DNA of 64,000 nucleotides from Microcoleus sp. GTDB taxonomy: Bacteria > Cyanobacteriota > Cyanobacteriia > Cyanobacteriales > Microcoleaceae. The translations under genes and the position numbers were made by a program. Below the pieces are notes generated by a model. It saw nothing but the letters and a program-made list of their open reading frames with translations. It ran no database searches and was not told the DNA's origin. Location: assembly GCA_042408215.1 (NCBI GenBank), contig JAYFMW010000026.1, forward strand, positions 96,001-160,000. Direction: 5' to 3'. Shown here one piece after another: positions 19,090 to 30,568 of this stretch. Within the stretch, counting starts at the first letter, position 1; each line of letters begins with the position of its first letter.

Positions 19090-21413
19090 GTGTTAATTCC
19101 ACTAGATTATTACCGGATTTTGGGTCTACCGATTCAAGCTACTGCCGAACAGTTGCATCAGGCTCATCGCGATCGCACTTTACAGCTTCCACGCAGGGAG
19201 TATTCCGAAGTTGCGATCGTCGCCCGCAAACAACTGCTCGATGAAGCCTGCGCCGTTCTGTCAGACTCAGACGGGCGCAAAGCTTACGATGCCAGTTTTT
19301 TAGCCAAAACTTACGATCGCGAGTCAGAAGCCGGAAGTTCAGCCCGACCCCTGTCTAGGTCAAAAATCCTTGACTCAGGTACCGGCACAGTTTTGCAAGA
19401 CTCAGAAGAAACCTCGGAGCCAGAATCCAGGGCTTTAGACGCCACTCCCGACCCCCACACTCCAAGTATAGAAATCGATGACAACCAATTCGTAGGAGCC
19501 CTGCTCATACTGCAAGAACTGGGGGAATACGAAATCGTACAGAAGCTGGGTCGCCCGTATCTCAACAATGGCAGCATCGCGATCGCCGAAGGTCGTTTCG
19601 GCGACAAAGAACTCGTGCGGCCCGACATAGTTTTAACCGTAGCCCTAGCCTACCTAGAACTCGGTCGCGAACAATGGCAGCAAGGTCAATACGACTCAGC
19701 CACCAAATCATTAGAAGCAGGTCAAGAACTACTGCTGCGCGAAAGCCTATTTCCAAGTGTGAGGGGTGAAATGCAAGCCGACATATACAAACTCCGTCCG
19801 TACAACATTTTAGAGTTACTGTCCCTCCCCGAAGAAAAAGTCGCCCAGCGTCGCCGTGGACTGCAAATCCTGCGAGAAATGCTCCAAGAACGGGGCGGCA
19901 TAGACGGCTCAGGGGACGATCGATCGGGCTTGGGAATAGAAGACTTCCTGCGCTTCGTCCAGCAACTACGCAAGCACCTAACCAGCAGCGAGCAGCAGAC
20001 CCTATTTGAAGCCGAAGCCGGCCGCCCCTCCGCAGTCGCCACCTACCTCTCGGTCTACACCCTATTAGCCCAAGGATTTGCAGCCAGACAGCCCTCCATG
20101 ATCCGCCGCGCCAAGCTGATGTTAATGCAGTTGGGCCGCCGCCAAGACGTTCACCTCGAAAAAGCCGTGTGTTCCCTGCTGCTCGGCCAGACAGAAGAAG
20201 CCAGCAGAGCCCTCGAACTCAGTTCCGAAAAAGAACCCCTCGCCTTCATTCGCGAAAATTCCCAAGATTCTCCCGATTTGTTGCCCGGGCTGTGCTTGTA
20301 CACCGAACACTGGCTACAAGAAGAAGTGTTTCCCCACTTCCGCGACTTGGTAAACCAATCCGTCTCCTTAAAAGATTACTTTGCCGACCCCAAAGTACAA
20401 GCCTACCTAGAAGCATTACCCTCAGACGCAGAAACCGCCAACGAATGGGTAGTCGTGCAGCCCCGTGACCGCAAGCCCCAACCACGACTGCAATCGAGCA
20501 GCACACTCCAACCCGCCGCCACAGCTTCACCACGAGCAGGTACTGTCACCTTGACCCCGGTAGCAGCAGGCGCCGGAACCCCACCTGGACGCCCCAAATA
20601 CGAGGGGAAGGCTGCCACGCACCTCCCCCCCACAGCCACCAAGAGCGCCACAGCAGCCACGACCTTGCGCCCGTCGCCAACGACCTCAAAAGAGCGCAGA
20701 CGCCCAAATTCATCCCGCCGCTGGGCGACAGGCGCTCTTTCAACGGGTGCCCTGGTCGATCGGGCCCGCACAGCCAGAACACAAATTTCAGCCAAACTCA
20801 AGTCCATGCCTCGCAATAGGCTGGCTCTGTTCGTAGTCGCAGGTGTTCTGGGCTTCTTAATCCTGTGGTGGATACTCAGTCTTTTGGCCAACGCCCTACA
20901 AGCCGTGTCAGGCCCATCCAGCCCATCCCCGCAAGGAGAGCCAACCCAAATCAGCCCGGAAGCCCCACCCAGAGAAATCCCCGCACCCGCAGCCACTCCC
21001 CCAGAGCCTCCCGCCCCAGCCCCAGCTTCTGGCCCAATCACAGAGGAAGTAGGCGGGCAAATAATTAAAAGCTGGCTGGCCGCCAAAGCAGCAGCCTTGG
21101 GCCCCAACCACGCTGTCGATGAATTAAAGCAAGTGCTGACAGAACCGGCTCTATCTCGCTGGCAATTGATGGCAGAAGCTCAACAGCGAAACAACGCCCA
21201 CCAGCAATACGAACACACCCTCGAAGTTAAAGAAGTTCGCCCCAATCCAACCAACCCCGATCGGGCAGAAGTAGAAGCCCAAGTAACAGAAAAAGCCGAT
21301 GTCTTCGAGGGCACGAGCCAAACTACTTCCCGCAACGAAAACCTGCGGGTGCGCTACGAATTAATCCGCCAAGATGGACAGTGGCGAATTATGGATTGGC
21401 AAGTTATGAAGTA

Positions 21414-21414
<1 letters not shown>
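19090..21414 (+). CDS. ftn2: Cell division protein Ftn2/ARC6 (J-like domain, transmembrane helix, IMS domain)
   Basis: IPLDYYRILG start (GTG), LPRREYS, DLLPGLC...WL..EVFPHFRD, a TM helix and C-terminal LRVRYELIRQDGQWRI. Confidence 0.93.
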
Positions 21415-21730
<316 letters not shown>

Positions 21731-21785
21731 TGCCTTCTTCCTGATAATTATTTGAATTTTTAATGGCTGAATAGGGGGTTGTAAA

Positions 21786-22255
21786 TTGCAGGTTATTGTT
21801 GAAGGCTGGCGTTTTATCGATCGCTCCTCTTGCGTAGCAAATCAATTTCAACTGCTGGAAATGCTCGATCGCCCTGAAGGAGAAATTTTCCACCGCGATC
21901 TGCCCTATATAGACCCAGATTGGCAAACAACAACCAGTTTATTCGATCGCCCAACTGATATCGTTGACCGTTGCATCGGTATTGTTCAAACCATCAACAG
22001 TCAACAGCCAACAGCCAACAGTCAACAGTCAACAACCAACAGTCAACAGTCAACAGTCAACAGTCAACAGTCAACATCACCTGACGGTGCAACCGGAATT
22101 GATATGAAACATTACTGCACAGCATTCCCAGCCCTTCCCCAAATCAGTTTGCCCATGTCACCCTCCGAATGTCTTACCCTTGGAACTTTGCAGCATTAAC
22201 GAGCGCCAAAACATGGGTATTTGCACCTACTGAATGGGTAATTATTACTCAGGTC
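21786..22255 (+). pseudogene. Truncated paralogue of the downstream GT4 gene, interrupted by a MITE
   Basis: IVEGWRF...NQFQLLEML...EIFHRDLPY, then after the insert LLHSIPSPS...VTLRMSYPWNF...VFAPTEW, collinear with the gene at 22415. Confidence 0.85.
21959..22104. mobile_element. 146-bp MITE with TGA target-site duplication, carrying a GTCAACA array
   Basis: TGA at 21956-21958 and 22105-22107; imperfect inverted ends TATC..GTTGCA / TGCAAC..GATA. Excision restores the reading frame (PTETLL). The same right end recurs near 32305-32335. Confidence 0.8.
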
Positions 22256-22414
22256 GAAACCAAGGGAGAGAACCAGAATATTTTAAATGGTGACTGTTAA
22301 ATTATGAATAGCGAGCTCTTTAAAATAAAACTAAAAACTTCCCTCTTCCTAAGGACAATTAACTAATAACTAATCACCAATAACTAATAACTAATAACTA
22401 ATAACTAATAACTA

Positions 22415-23590
22415 ATGACTAATGACTTATTCTGTATAGTTGAAGGATGGCGTTTTTTGCCACATTCCTACGCCATCGTCAATCAATTTCAGCTACTAGA
22501 AATGCTGAAATACCCCAACTTAGAAATTTTCCACAAAGATATCCCCTATCTCGACGAAAATTGGCAGCCAGCAACCGGTTTGTTAGACGCAACTGCTGAA
22601 GCAGCAATCAAAAATATTCCTCACCCTTCCGAGTCTCTAGAAGCAGACGCTACCTTACGGATATCAGTACCTTACAATTTTGCACCCTCAAATACAAAAC
22701 GGACGTGCTTGTTTGCCACCACAGAATGGGGAATTCTGCACAACGAAAAGTTTAGAATAACAGGGGCGGCTTCCCTCCGCAAAGGACACAGCAACTCCGA
22801 TCTAATTATTATTACACCTTCCCATTGGTCGAGAACCGGATTTATCCGCAGCGGTGCAAATCCCGATCGCACAATTGTCATACCCTGCGGCATCGATCCA
22901 AATATTTACAAACCTTTAACAAAATTAGAGCGCGAAGCTTTGCGAAAACAGCTAGGATGGGACGGATTTGTATTTTTGAATGTTGGCGCAGGCACTCCCA
23001 ATAAAGGCATCGATTTATTGTTAAAAGCTTTCGCAGTTGTAGTTGAAAGTTATCCCGAAGCCAGATTAGTATTGAAAGGAGAAGAATCAGTATATGCGTC
23101 GGATTCTCTGCTCGCTCAAAACATAGACGAACTAACCTTTGACGAAGCCGAAAAAATTTTGCCTCGCATGGCATACTTGGGAGAAACATTGCCTTTTGAT
23201 AAAATGGCTCAACTCGATCAAGCCGCCGATGCTTACATCTCTCCTTATTTAGTAGAAGGGTTCAATTTGCCAGCACTAGAAGCAATTGCTTGTGGCTTGC
23301 CGGTCATCTGCACCAAAGGCGGCCCGACGGATGATTTTACAACTCCAGACTTTGCTTTGCACGTCGAAAGTACGCTTCAAGAAGGTACTTCTAACGATCG
23401 GCCGATATTTCGCCTGATGCCGAATTTAGAACATTTGATCGCCTTAATGAAAAATATTATAGAACAGCCGGAATTGTGCGATCGCGCCGGCGTTGCAGGC
23501 CCCAAATTTGTAGCTGCTGGGTTTACCTGGAAACAGGTTGTAGACCAATTGCTAGAGGTACTTTTGCCAACAATTCGATCGCAAAATTAA
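22415..23590 (+). CDS. Glycosyltransferase family 4
   Basis: NKGIDLLLKAF and EGFNLPALEAIACGLPVI. Confidence 0.9.
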   Translation: MTNDLFCIVEGWRFLPHSYAIVNQFQLLEMLKYPNLEIFHKDIPYLDENWQPATGLLDATAEAAIKNIPHPSESLEADATLRISVPYNFAPSNTKRTCLFATTEWGILHNEKFRITGAASLRKGHSNSDLIIITPSHWSRTGFIRSGANPDRTIVIPCGIDPNIYKPLTKLEREALRKQLGWDGFVFLNVGAGTPNKGIDLLLKAFAVVVESYPEARLVLKGEESVYASDSLLAQNIDELTFDEAEKILPRMAYLGETLPFDKMAQLDQAADAYISPYLVEGFNLPALEAIACGLPVICTKGGPTDDFTTPDFALHVESTLQEGTSNDRPIFRLMPNLEHLIALMKNIIEQPELCDRAGVAGPKFVAAGFTWKQVVDQLLEVLLPTIRSQN

Positions 23591-23760
23591 AATAGTGCGA
23601 TCGGGGGCCCAGAAACCGGGTTTTTCAACAGTATTAAACGCTCACATCCAGTATTTTCGTAAAAAAACCCGGTTTCGACGAGTCGGAGTGCGTCCAGGAC
23701 TGTATAAGATACAATAAGAACCACCAGTTCAAGCGATCGACCTTATTTGACAGTCAAGCT

Positions 23761-24930
23761 ATGCAATCTACAACAAATCAGTCCGAGACAGCACCGGCAA
23801 TGGACGCGCCCAAACACGGCTTACCAGTTACAATCATTACAGGATTCCTCGGCAGTGGCAAAACAACCCTGCTCAACCATATCCTGACCAACCAGCAAGG
23901 TTTAAAAACCGCAGTTCTGGTCAACGAATTTGGCGAAATCGGCATCGACAACGAACTCATTGTCAGTACCGACGACAACATGGTAGAGTTGAATAATGGC
24001 TGCATCTGCTGCACGATTAATGAAGATTTGGTAAATGCAGTTTACAAAGTCTTAGAACGTCAAGAAAATCTCGATTATCTAGTAGTAGAAACAACCGGAC
24101 TCGCCGACCCGCTACCAGTAGCTCTGACTTTCTTAGGCACTGAATTGCGAGACATGACTCGTCTCGATTCAATAGTTACAGTAGTAGACGCGGCCAATTA
24201 CAGTTTGGATTTGTTCAACTCTCAAGCAGCTTACAGTCAAATTGCTTACGGCGATATTATTATCCTCAACAAAACTGATTTGGTGGAGGAAGCAGATTTA
24301 GATTTGTTGGAAGTTAAGATTCGCGATGTCAAAGATGGTGCTCGTATTCTGCGAACAGTAAAATCGCAAGTTCCCCTGCCACTCGTCCTCAGTGTAGGAT
24401 TGTTTGAATCTGACAAGTATTTCCAATCTGAAGAAACTGCTAGCAGTCACGACCATCACGACCATCACGACCACGGACAGGACCACGACCATCACGACCA
24501 CGGCCACGACCATCACGACCACGGCCACGACCATCACGAACATCACGAACATCACGAACATCACGAACATCACGACCACGCTCATCACGACCATTCCGAC
24601 CATTTGGAAAATGACGGATTTACCTCATTGTCATTTCAGAGCGACAAGCCGTTTTCTTTGAGAAAATTTCAATATTTCTTAGACCACCAACTGCCAACAA
24701 ATGTGTTTCGGGCGAAAGGGATTATGTGGTTTGAAGAAAGTCCCAAACGGCATATTTTCCACTTGAGCGGCAAGCGATTTTCCATCGACGATGATGAGTG
24801 GAAAGGTGAACCGAAAAACCAGATTGTCCTCATCGGTCAGGGTTTGGATATCGAGAGTTTGCGATCGCAAATCGAAAACTGTATCTGTATGCCTTCACCT
24901 AATCGCGGCAAAGGGTTTGGGAAAAACTAA
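23761..24930 (+). CDS. CobW/COG0523 metallochaperone GTPase with His-rich insert
   Basis: GFLGSGKTT, NEFGE, GCICC, ETTG and NKTD; His/Asp/Glu repeat at ~24448-24603; CobW_C FRAKG. Confidence 0.93.
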   Translation: MQSTTNQSETAPAMDAPKHGLPVTIITGFLGSGKTTLLNHILTNQQGLKTAVLVNEFGEIGIDNELIVSTDDNMVELNNGCICCTINEDLVNAVYKVLERQENLDYLVVETTGLADPLPVALTFLGTELRDMTRLDSIVTVVDAANYSLDLFNSQAAYSQIAYGDIIILNKTDLVEEADLDLLEVKIRDVKDGARILRTVKSQVPLPLVLSVGLFESDKYFQSEETASSHDHHDHHDHGQDHDHHDHGHDHHDHGHDHHEHHEHHEHHEHHDHAHHDHSDHLENDGFTSLSFQSDKPFSLRKFQYFLDHQLPTNVFRAKGIMWFEESPKRHIFHLSGKRFSIDDDEWKGEPKNQIVLIGQGLDIESLRSQIENCICMPSPNRGKGFGKN

Positions 24931-24998
24931 ACACAAGGCGATTTAACTGGTTCCCAGGCCTGGAGTCTGGGAACCAGTTAATTATCAATTACCGATTA

Positions 24999-25163
24999 TA
25001 CCAATTTAATGGGTCGTTGCATATATCTCGATCCCCCTAAATCCCCCTTAATAAGGGAGTAGGGTGTGAGTAGGGGTTGACGAAAGAGCAGAATCTTGTT
25101 CCCCCCTTATTAAGGGGGGTTAGGGGGGATCAGATTCTATGCAGCCTCATAAAAAACTGGTAT
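24999..25163. mobile_element. ~160-bp MITE family (further copies ~32090-32248 inverted and ~47527-47679)
   Basis: Ends (T)ACCAATTT / AAACTGGTA with shared internal GATCCCCCTAAATCCCCCTT...GGGGGATC in three copies. Confidence 0.8.
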
Positions 25164-25210
25164 TACTAATTACCGATTACCAATTACCGATTACCAATTA
25201 CCGATTCTGA

Positions 25211-25666
25211 ATGCGAATCATCATCCAGCGAGTTAAATCGTCTCAAGTCGAAGTCAACGATCGCATTATTGGCAAAATTGGCCGCGGACTCAACCTGCTG
25301 GTAGGTATTGCAGATACTGACACCGAAGCAGAACTAGACTGGATGTCTCGCAAATGCCTGGAATTGCGTTTGTTTCCTGACTCAGCCAGGGACACTGGCC
25401 GCTGGGACAAATCTGTACAAGACATCGGTGGCGAGTTGCTCGTAATCAGTCAATTTACGCTTTATGGCGACTGCCGCAAAGGTCGCCGTCCTTCCTTTGA
25501 TAGATCGGCGGCTCCTGAACGAGCCGAAATTCTTTATGACAAATTTGTCAAAATGTTGCGCGAGAGTGGCTTAAAGGTCGAAACAGGCTTGTTTGGAGCT
25601 ATGATGCAAGTTTCGATAGATAATGACGGGCCGGTGACTTTGGTGTTAGAGAGAGAAGCAGGGTGA
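25211..25666 (+). CDS. dtd: D-aminoacyl-tRNA deacylase
   Basis: [20 protein letters not shown] and NDGPVT. Confidence 0.96.
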   Translation: MRIIIQRVKSSQVEVNDRIIGKIGRGLNLLVGIADTDTEAELDWMSRKCLELRLFPDSARDTGRWDKSVQDIGGELLVISQFTLYGDCRKGRRPSFDRSAAPERAEILYDKFVKMLRESGLKVETGLFGAMMQVSIDNDGPVTLVLEREAG

Positions 25667-25828
25667 ATTATGAATTTATAATAAAAATAGTTGCAGTGAG
25701 TATTGTCACAATTAAAGGTGATTATTGTCATGTAACCGCTAAGTTAATTGTGAGATGATTACTTAAATTTAGTCAATTTGCATAGTTTATGCCAGTCTGA
25801 CTCATTTAAACATTTTATTTTTAAATTT

Positions 25829-28800
25829 ATGTTAACCCCAGTAACTAAACCATCTGTTCGAGTTACCGAAATCGGTGAGTACATCCATTATCAATCTTGC
25901 GATCGCCGCTTTAAGCTAGAGCATAATAACCGACAGCTTGCCCGAGAGCTTCCGTTTGTAGAACGCCTCTTCAACTCCTTAGATCCAGTTCTCCAAGAGG
26001 CTGGGCGACTGAGAGAGAACGAATGGGAAACTTCTCTCCAAAAAAATGGTCTTATTGACCTCACTTTGTACAGCCAAAAGTCTGCTGATAAAAAGAAGAC
26101 ACCCTGGACTACCTTTGTCGCGCAATTGCAAGGTATAAGTTCAGGACAAAGAGCATATGGACGCGAAATTTCCATTCAAGGAGACGAGGGAGCTTTCCAG
26201 ATCAAAGGCCAAATTGACTTTGTACTAATTCTGTGGGAAGCCGATCGACCAAAGCTGCGAATTGTTGAATGCAAAGCCAGTCGTCGAGACCGTACCTACC
26301 ACCGCGTGCAGGTTGCTCTATACCGGATGCTAGTACGGCAGCTTATTCAGGTGAGTCCAGTGGCTCTTGGTGGCGTAGAACTCAGACCAGAAGATATCGA
26401 GTGCGTGGTTGCTAGGATTGATGAGAGTACAAATAAAAGTCAGCTCATCCTCGATCTAGAACCGTTTAAGCTAGATACAGAAGAAGCAGACATTAATCGC
26501 CTCCTGGCATCTGAGGGTTCCCTAAACCGGGTAGTTCAGGCTGATTTAGCCGATTTGGACTATCAAATCGATCCCAAGTGTGATGGCTGTGTTTTCAATA
26601 TTCACTGCCTATCCGAAAGTGCTCGATTCCGTCGTCTTGAACTAATTGGCTTAGATCCATCAGCAGTAAGAGTCTTGCGAGGGGCCGGGATTGACAAAAT
26701 CGATGACTTGGCTGAACTCGACTTACATGGACAGCAGGCGGTTCAAGTGCGGCAAGATCCAAGCTTTAGCGATAACCTAGAACTTATCCAGTTAAAAGCA
26801 AAAACTCGCAGGCGTACACTTCCAGGCGGAAATATCAACCCAGATTCCTATGAAGTGGAGTTGTTACCTTATGCTGGTCAAGGTCAACTTCCAGAACACG
26901 TAATTAATAGTGAGCGGCTGATTCGCGTTTATCTTTCTGTGGATTACGACTATGTAGAAAACAGGATTGGAGCGCTGGCAGCTCATGTGACCAAAAGCGA
27001 GGGACAATTACATACAAGCTTCACGCAGGTAAATGGACATTGGCAGCCAGACCCCACAGTCAAGGAACGGTGGGAGGTAGGGCGCGATCGAAATAATCGC
27101 CCAGTCTATGAAGAGCGTTCGCTCCAAGGTAGAGAAGTTATTGAGTTTCAAACTTCCCCGTGGACGGGGGAATACAGAGAAGACACAGGCGCTGAGAAAC
27201 AGCTAATTCAAGGGTTTCTAATGAAGCTGGTTGAGGCTATTCATGAAGTAGCCGAGGCCGAAACGGCTCCCATTCACTTTTATGTTTGGTCTCGATCAGA
27301 GATGACTCAGTTGCTCGAAGGATGCTCCCGCGTCAGCTCGCAGTTGCTCGGCAACCTCCGAGAACTGCTAGGATGCCGTGAGAGTTTGGAGCAACTCATC
27401 TACTCTTGCTTGCACGATGAAGTCGATCGGCGTTTTGCTTTGGGATGGACAGGCAGAGGCTTAGCTGTCGTTACTTCTCTGTCGTGGTTTGGGAGGCGCT
27501 ATCATTGGCGGCGGCGGGTGTCTGGTGCCGAGGTCGATCTAGAGCAAGCTTTTACACAGGATATCTTCGATTTTAAGACTGATTTGGATTTAGATGCTCA
27601 GGGGCAGTGGGCAGCTAAACCTTCTGAGCAAGTCAGCAAGCACAAGTTTGAAATCCGCAGTCGCTTTTATGATTCCTTAACAGCACCCTACTGGCGCGCT
27701 TACTGGCGAAAATTGCCAGATCCAACAGACCCAAATCTATCGCCAGCAGTTGCTAAGGCAATTGAACGCTACAACAGCGCCCGGAAACCTAACTATCTCA
27801 AGGATTATTTTCGCGCCCGCGTACACGCGCTGCGGTGGGTTGAAGAAAGCATTCGTTCTAAGAACTCAGAGATAGTAAAACCATCTCTTGTCATCGCTGA
27901 TTTACTGGAATTTACGCTTGGAGTAGATAATGCGGCTCAGGCGGGGATTGACTATCTCCGACTGGATCAGCACGTTAAAGTTACAAACTGGATTGCTACT
28001 CACTTAGTCCCACCTGTCTATCGCGTCCCTCTAGGGCGCACTATTCCTATTAGTGATGTTGTCTCGCACGGCAACAATAAGCTGACAGCCACTATCAACC
28101 TCGATCGGTATGGTATTAACTATGAAGTTTTCGAGACTAACTGCACGATCGAAAAAGGCAATTTTGTAAGGATTAGCCCTTGTTTTAACGATCCGCATTG
28201 CGGTCAAACATTCGGTCAACTTCTACGCGGTGGAAGTACGTGTGTTGTGGATAATATTGACTGGGAGACTAGACAGATTGAGCTTTCAGTAATACAAACA
28301 AATAAACCAGACCGCTATCAACTCCCCGGTCGGTTTTATAACCAAGAGGAAGACATTTTTTCCTATGCTACTTTAGATGAAAGTCCTTCTGATTTTGTAG
28401 CCGGAAAGGTTGACAACAGACTAATAAGTCGTTTGGGAAATCATGTATGTCAGTGGTTCGATCCTGAGCGTCCTCAGATTCCTCCGCAACAGGCTCTAGC
28501 AGCACAGAAGCTAGAACAATACCAGAATCTACTGGAGTCCTTGACATTGCCTAACGGACAGAAATTGGCTACCGATCAAGTAGCTGCTGCTGTCAGCGGC
28601 TTAACCGCTAGAATTCAACTTTTACAGGGGCCTCCAGGAACTGGCAAGACACAGACAACTGCGATCGCTACTTTTTTAAGAATTTTGGCGCGTTGTTCGA
28701 TCGGAGATATCGTTCTCATTGCAGCGCCTACCCATACGGCTGTAAACAACTTGCTGTTGCGCCTCGATAGCCTCTTGCCAATCCTTCAGCAACAGGCAGA

Positions 28801-29929
28801 TCGATCGGGATTAACAGTACCGCCAATAAAACTTAGCCGAGTTGACCGTAAAGAGGGTGAGTATTTTATCGAAAAAAATGTTGAATGTTTTCCCTCTAAG
28901 CCTTGTGCAGCCAAGTTGAAGAAAATGCGTTCAGATGCTGTCTTGGTCATCGGCGGTACAACCAGTGCTCTTTTGAAATTATCGCTGGAAATGAAAGGTA
29001 TCCAAGTGCCTATACTAATCGTTGATGAAGCAAGCATGATGGTGTTTCCACACTTTTTGTCACTGGCTACATTAGTAAAAAGTGACGGAGAAATCATGCT
29101 AGCCGGAGATCATCGGCAGCTCTCACCAATTGTTGCTCATAATTGGGAGCAGGAAGACCGTCCCCCCATTCAATTATACAAGCCTTATGTGAGTGCATAT
29201 GATGCGGTTAAAAATATTAAAATTACAGGAGTTTCAGATTTAGCTATTCTGAGTTCTGCGTTGAGTTTTACTTTCCGTTTGCCACCGCTAATTTGTAATT
29301 TAATTTCCCGTATTTACAGACTGGATAATATTGAACTCAAAGGAAGGTTGCCGGATTCAAATAGTCTTTTACAGGAGGAGTCAAGAGGTCTAATTCTTGT
29401 TCTTCATGCTGAGCGCCAGTCAAAACGCAGCAATATGCTTGAGGTGCGGATTATTGAGAAAATTATTGCTGCGGCCAAAACTAAAAGAGCAATAGAAAAC
29501 GAATCTGTTGCTATTGTCACTCCACACCGAGCGCAGCGAACACTGCTTAAAAATTATTTGAATGACTCCGGCGACCTCATCGATGTAATTGATACTGTTG
29601 AAAGCTTACAAGGTGACGAGCGACCTTATATAATTGTGTCGGCAACAGCCAGCGACCCCTCAGCAATTAGTAAAAATGTGGAATTTATCTTAGACCTCAA
29701 TCGGTCTAATGTGGCTTTTTCTCGGGCTCAGAAACAATTGATTGTGGTCTGCTCTAAGACGCTGCTAGATCACATTCCAGCCGAATTGGAACATTACGAG
29801 GAGACAATGCTTTGGAAGTCTTTGCGAGCTGTGTGTTCGCAGCTCATCGGTACTGAGATTGTTGATGGGCATCAGGTACAAGTTTTTATGCCACCACCCG
29901 ATATTCTAGAAAACCTGTCGCGCATTTAA
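25829..29929 (+). CDS. Cas4/RecB-like nuclease fused to a Dna2/Upf1-like SF1 helicase
   Basis: GQIDF..IVECKAS..QVALY; an N-terminal Cys plus CDGCVFNIHC; helicase motifs GPPGTGKT, DEAS, GDHRQL, QGDE and NVAFSRA. Confidence 0.88.
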   Translation: MLTPVTKPSVRVTEIGEYIHYQSCDRRFKLEHNNRQLARELPFVERLFNSLDPVLQEAGRLRENEWETSLQKNGLIDLTLYSQKSADKKKTPWTTFVAQLQGISSGQRAYGREISIQGDEGAFQIKGQIDFVLILWEADRPKLRIVECKASRRDRTYHRVQVALYRMLVRQLIQVSPVALGGVELRPEDIECVVARIDESTNKSQLILDLEPFKLDTEEADINRLLASEGSLNRVVQADLADLDYQIDPKCDGCVFNIHCLSESARFRRLELIGLDPSAVRVLRGAGIDKIDDLAELDLHGQQAVQVRQDPSFSDNLELIQLKAKTRRRTLPGGNINPDSYEVELLPYAGQGQLPEHVINSERLIRVYLSVDYDYVENRIGALAAHVTKSEGQLHTSFTQVNGHWQPDPTVKERWEVGRDRNNRPVYEERSLQGREVIEFQTSPWTGEYREDTGAEKQLIQGFLMKLVEAIHEVAEAETAPIHFYVWSRSEMTQLLEGCSRVSSQLLGNLRELLGCRESLEQLIYSCLHDEVDRRFALGWTGRGLAVVTSLSWFGRRYHWRRRVSGAEVDLEQAFTQDIFDFKTDLDLDAQGQWAAKPSEQVSKHKFEIRSRFYDSLTAPYWRAYWRKLPDPTDPNLSPAVAKAIERYNSARKPNYLKDYFRARVHALRWVEESIRSKNSEIVKPSLVIADLLEFTLGVDNAAQAGIDYLRLDQHVKVTNWIATHLVPPVYRVPLGRTIPISDVVSHGNNKLTATINLDRYGINYEVFETNCTIEKGNFVRISPCFNDPHCGQTFGQLLRGGSTCVVDNIDWETRQIELSVIQTNKPDRYQLPGRFYNQEEDIFSYATLDESPSDFVAGKVDNRLISRLGNHVCQWFDPERPQIPPQQALAAQKLEQYQNLLESLTLPNGQKLATDQVAAAVSGLTARIQLLQGPPGTGKTQTTAIATFLRILARCSIGDIVLIAAPTHTAVNNLLLRLDSLLPILQQQADRSGLTVPPIKLSRVDRKEGEYFIEKNVECFPSKPCAAKLKKMRSDAVLVIGGTTSALLKLSLEMKGIQVPILIVDEASMMVFPHFLSLATLVKSDGEIMLAGDHRQLSPIVAHNWEQEDRPPIQLYKPYVSAYDAVKNIKITGVSDLAILSSALSFTFRLPPLICNLISRIYRLDNIELKGRLPDSNSLLQEESRGLILVLHAERQSKRSNMLEVRIIEKIIAAAKTKRAIENESVAIVTPHRAQRTLLKNYLNDSGDLIDVIDTVESLQGDERPYIIVSATASDPSAISKNVEFILDLNRSNVAFSRAQKQLIVVCSKTLLDHIPAELEHYEETMLWKSLRAVCSQLIGTEIVDGHQVQVFMPPPDILENLSRI

Positions 29930-30568
29930 ATTGCATATTTCAACTTGAAAGGATTGATCACCTTTAATATTTAATTCGATCGACTCAGCATCGCTGTTGT
30001 CAATTTTCGGGTCTAAACTTCTGTAAGGACTTACCGCCGCCATCAAAGCAACCGGGCTTATTTAATAAAATACATCGCTTCGGGCCTCGCTTTGGAGCTA
30101 GAAATCTGGCTTCGGTCAATCAACCTGCCTTCTGTCAGACCAATTTCTGAATTAACCGGGTTTCCCAACTGCTGTGGCGTAGGTTGAGAATACATTGCGG
30201 CTCACTACATTCCCGCTACTGGCGATTCCACAATCTCCAACCCCCAAAACCACCTCAAACAGCCAGTTGGTAAATTGTCCACTCAGAGGCCTTCCAGCAC
30301 CCTGAGCTCAAAGAGCGATCGCGATCGCTTCACAAAAGCTCAGAATGCTTGTACAGTATGGGTTTAAGGGCAATAAAAGCAATCCCCCACAGCCAAAGAT
30401 TAAAATCCAATGAAGCCGCCAAAACTGTCACCTGAGAGTGTGGAACATCGGCTTCACTGTACTATTTGTACCTCCCGTACATTCAATGTATTGAGAGTTG
30501 AATCAGCGCAACGAGCGAAACCGCCAGCAACTGCAACACTCTCTGACACCTACTACCCGATCAAAGCC

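Noticed and set aside
25829..26620. cas4 gene serving the CRISPR array
   Set aside because: The Cas4-like domain is fused to a helicase 25 kb away, with no cas1 or cas2 nearby.
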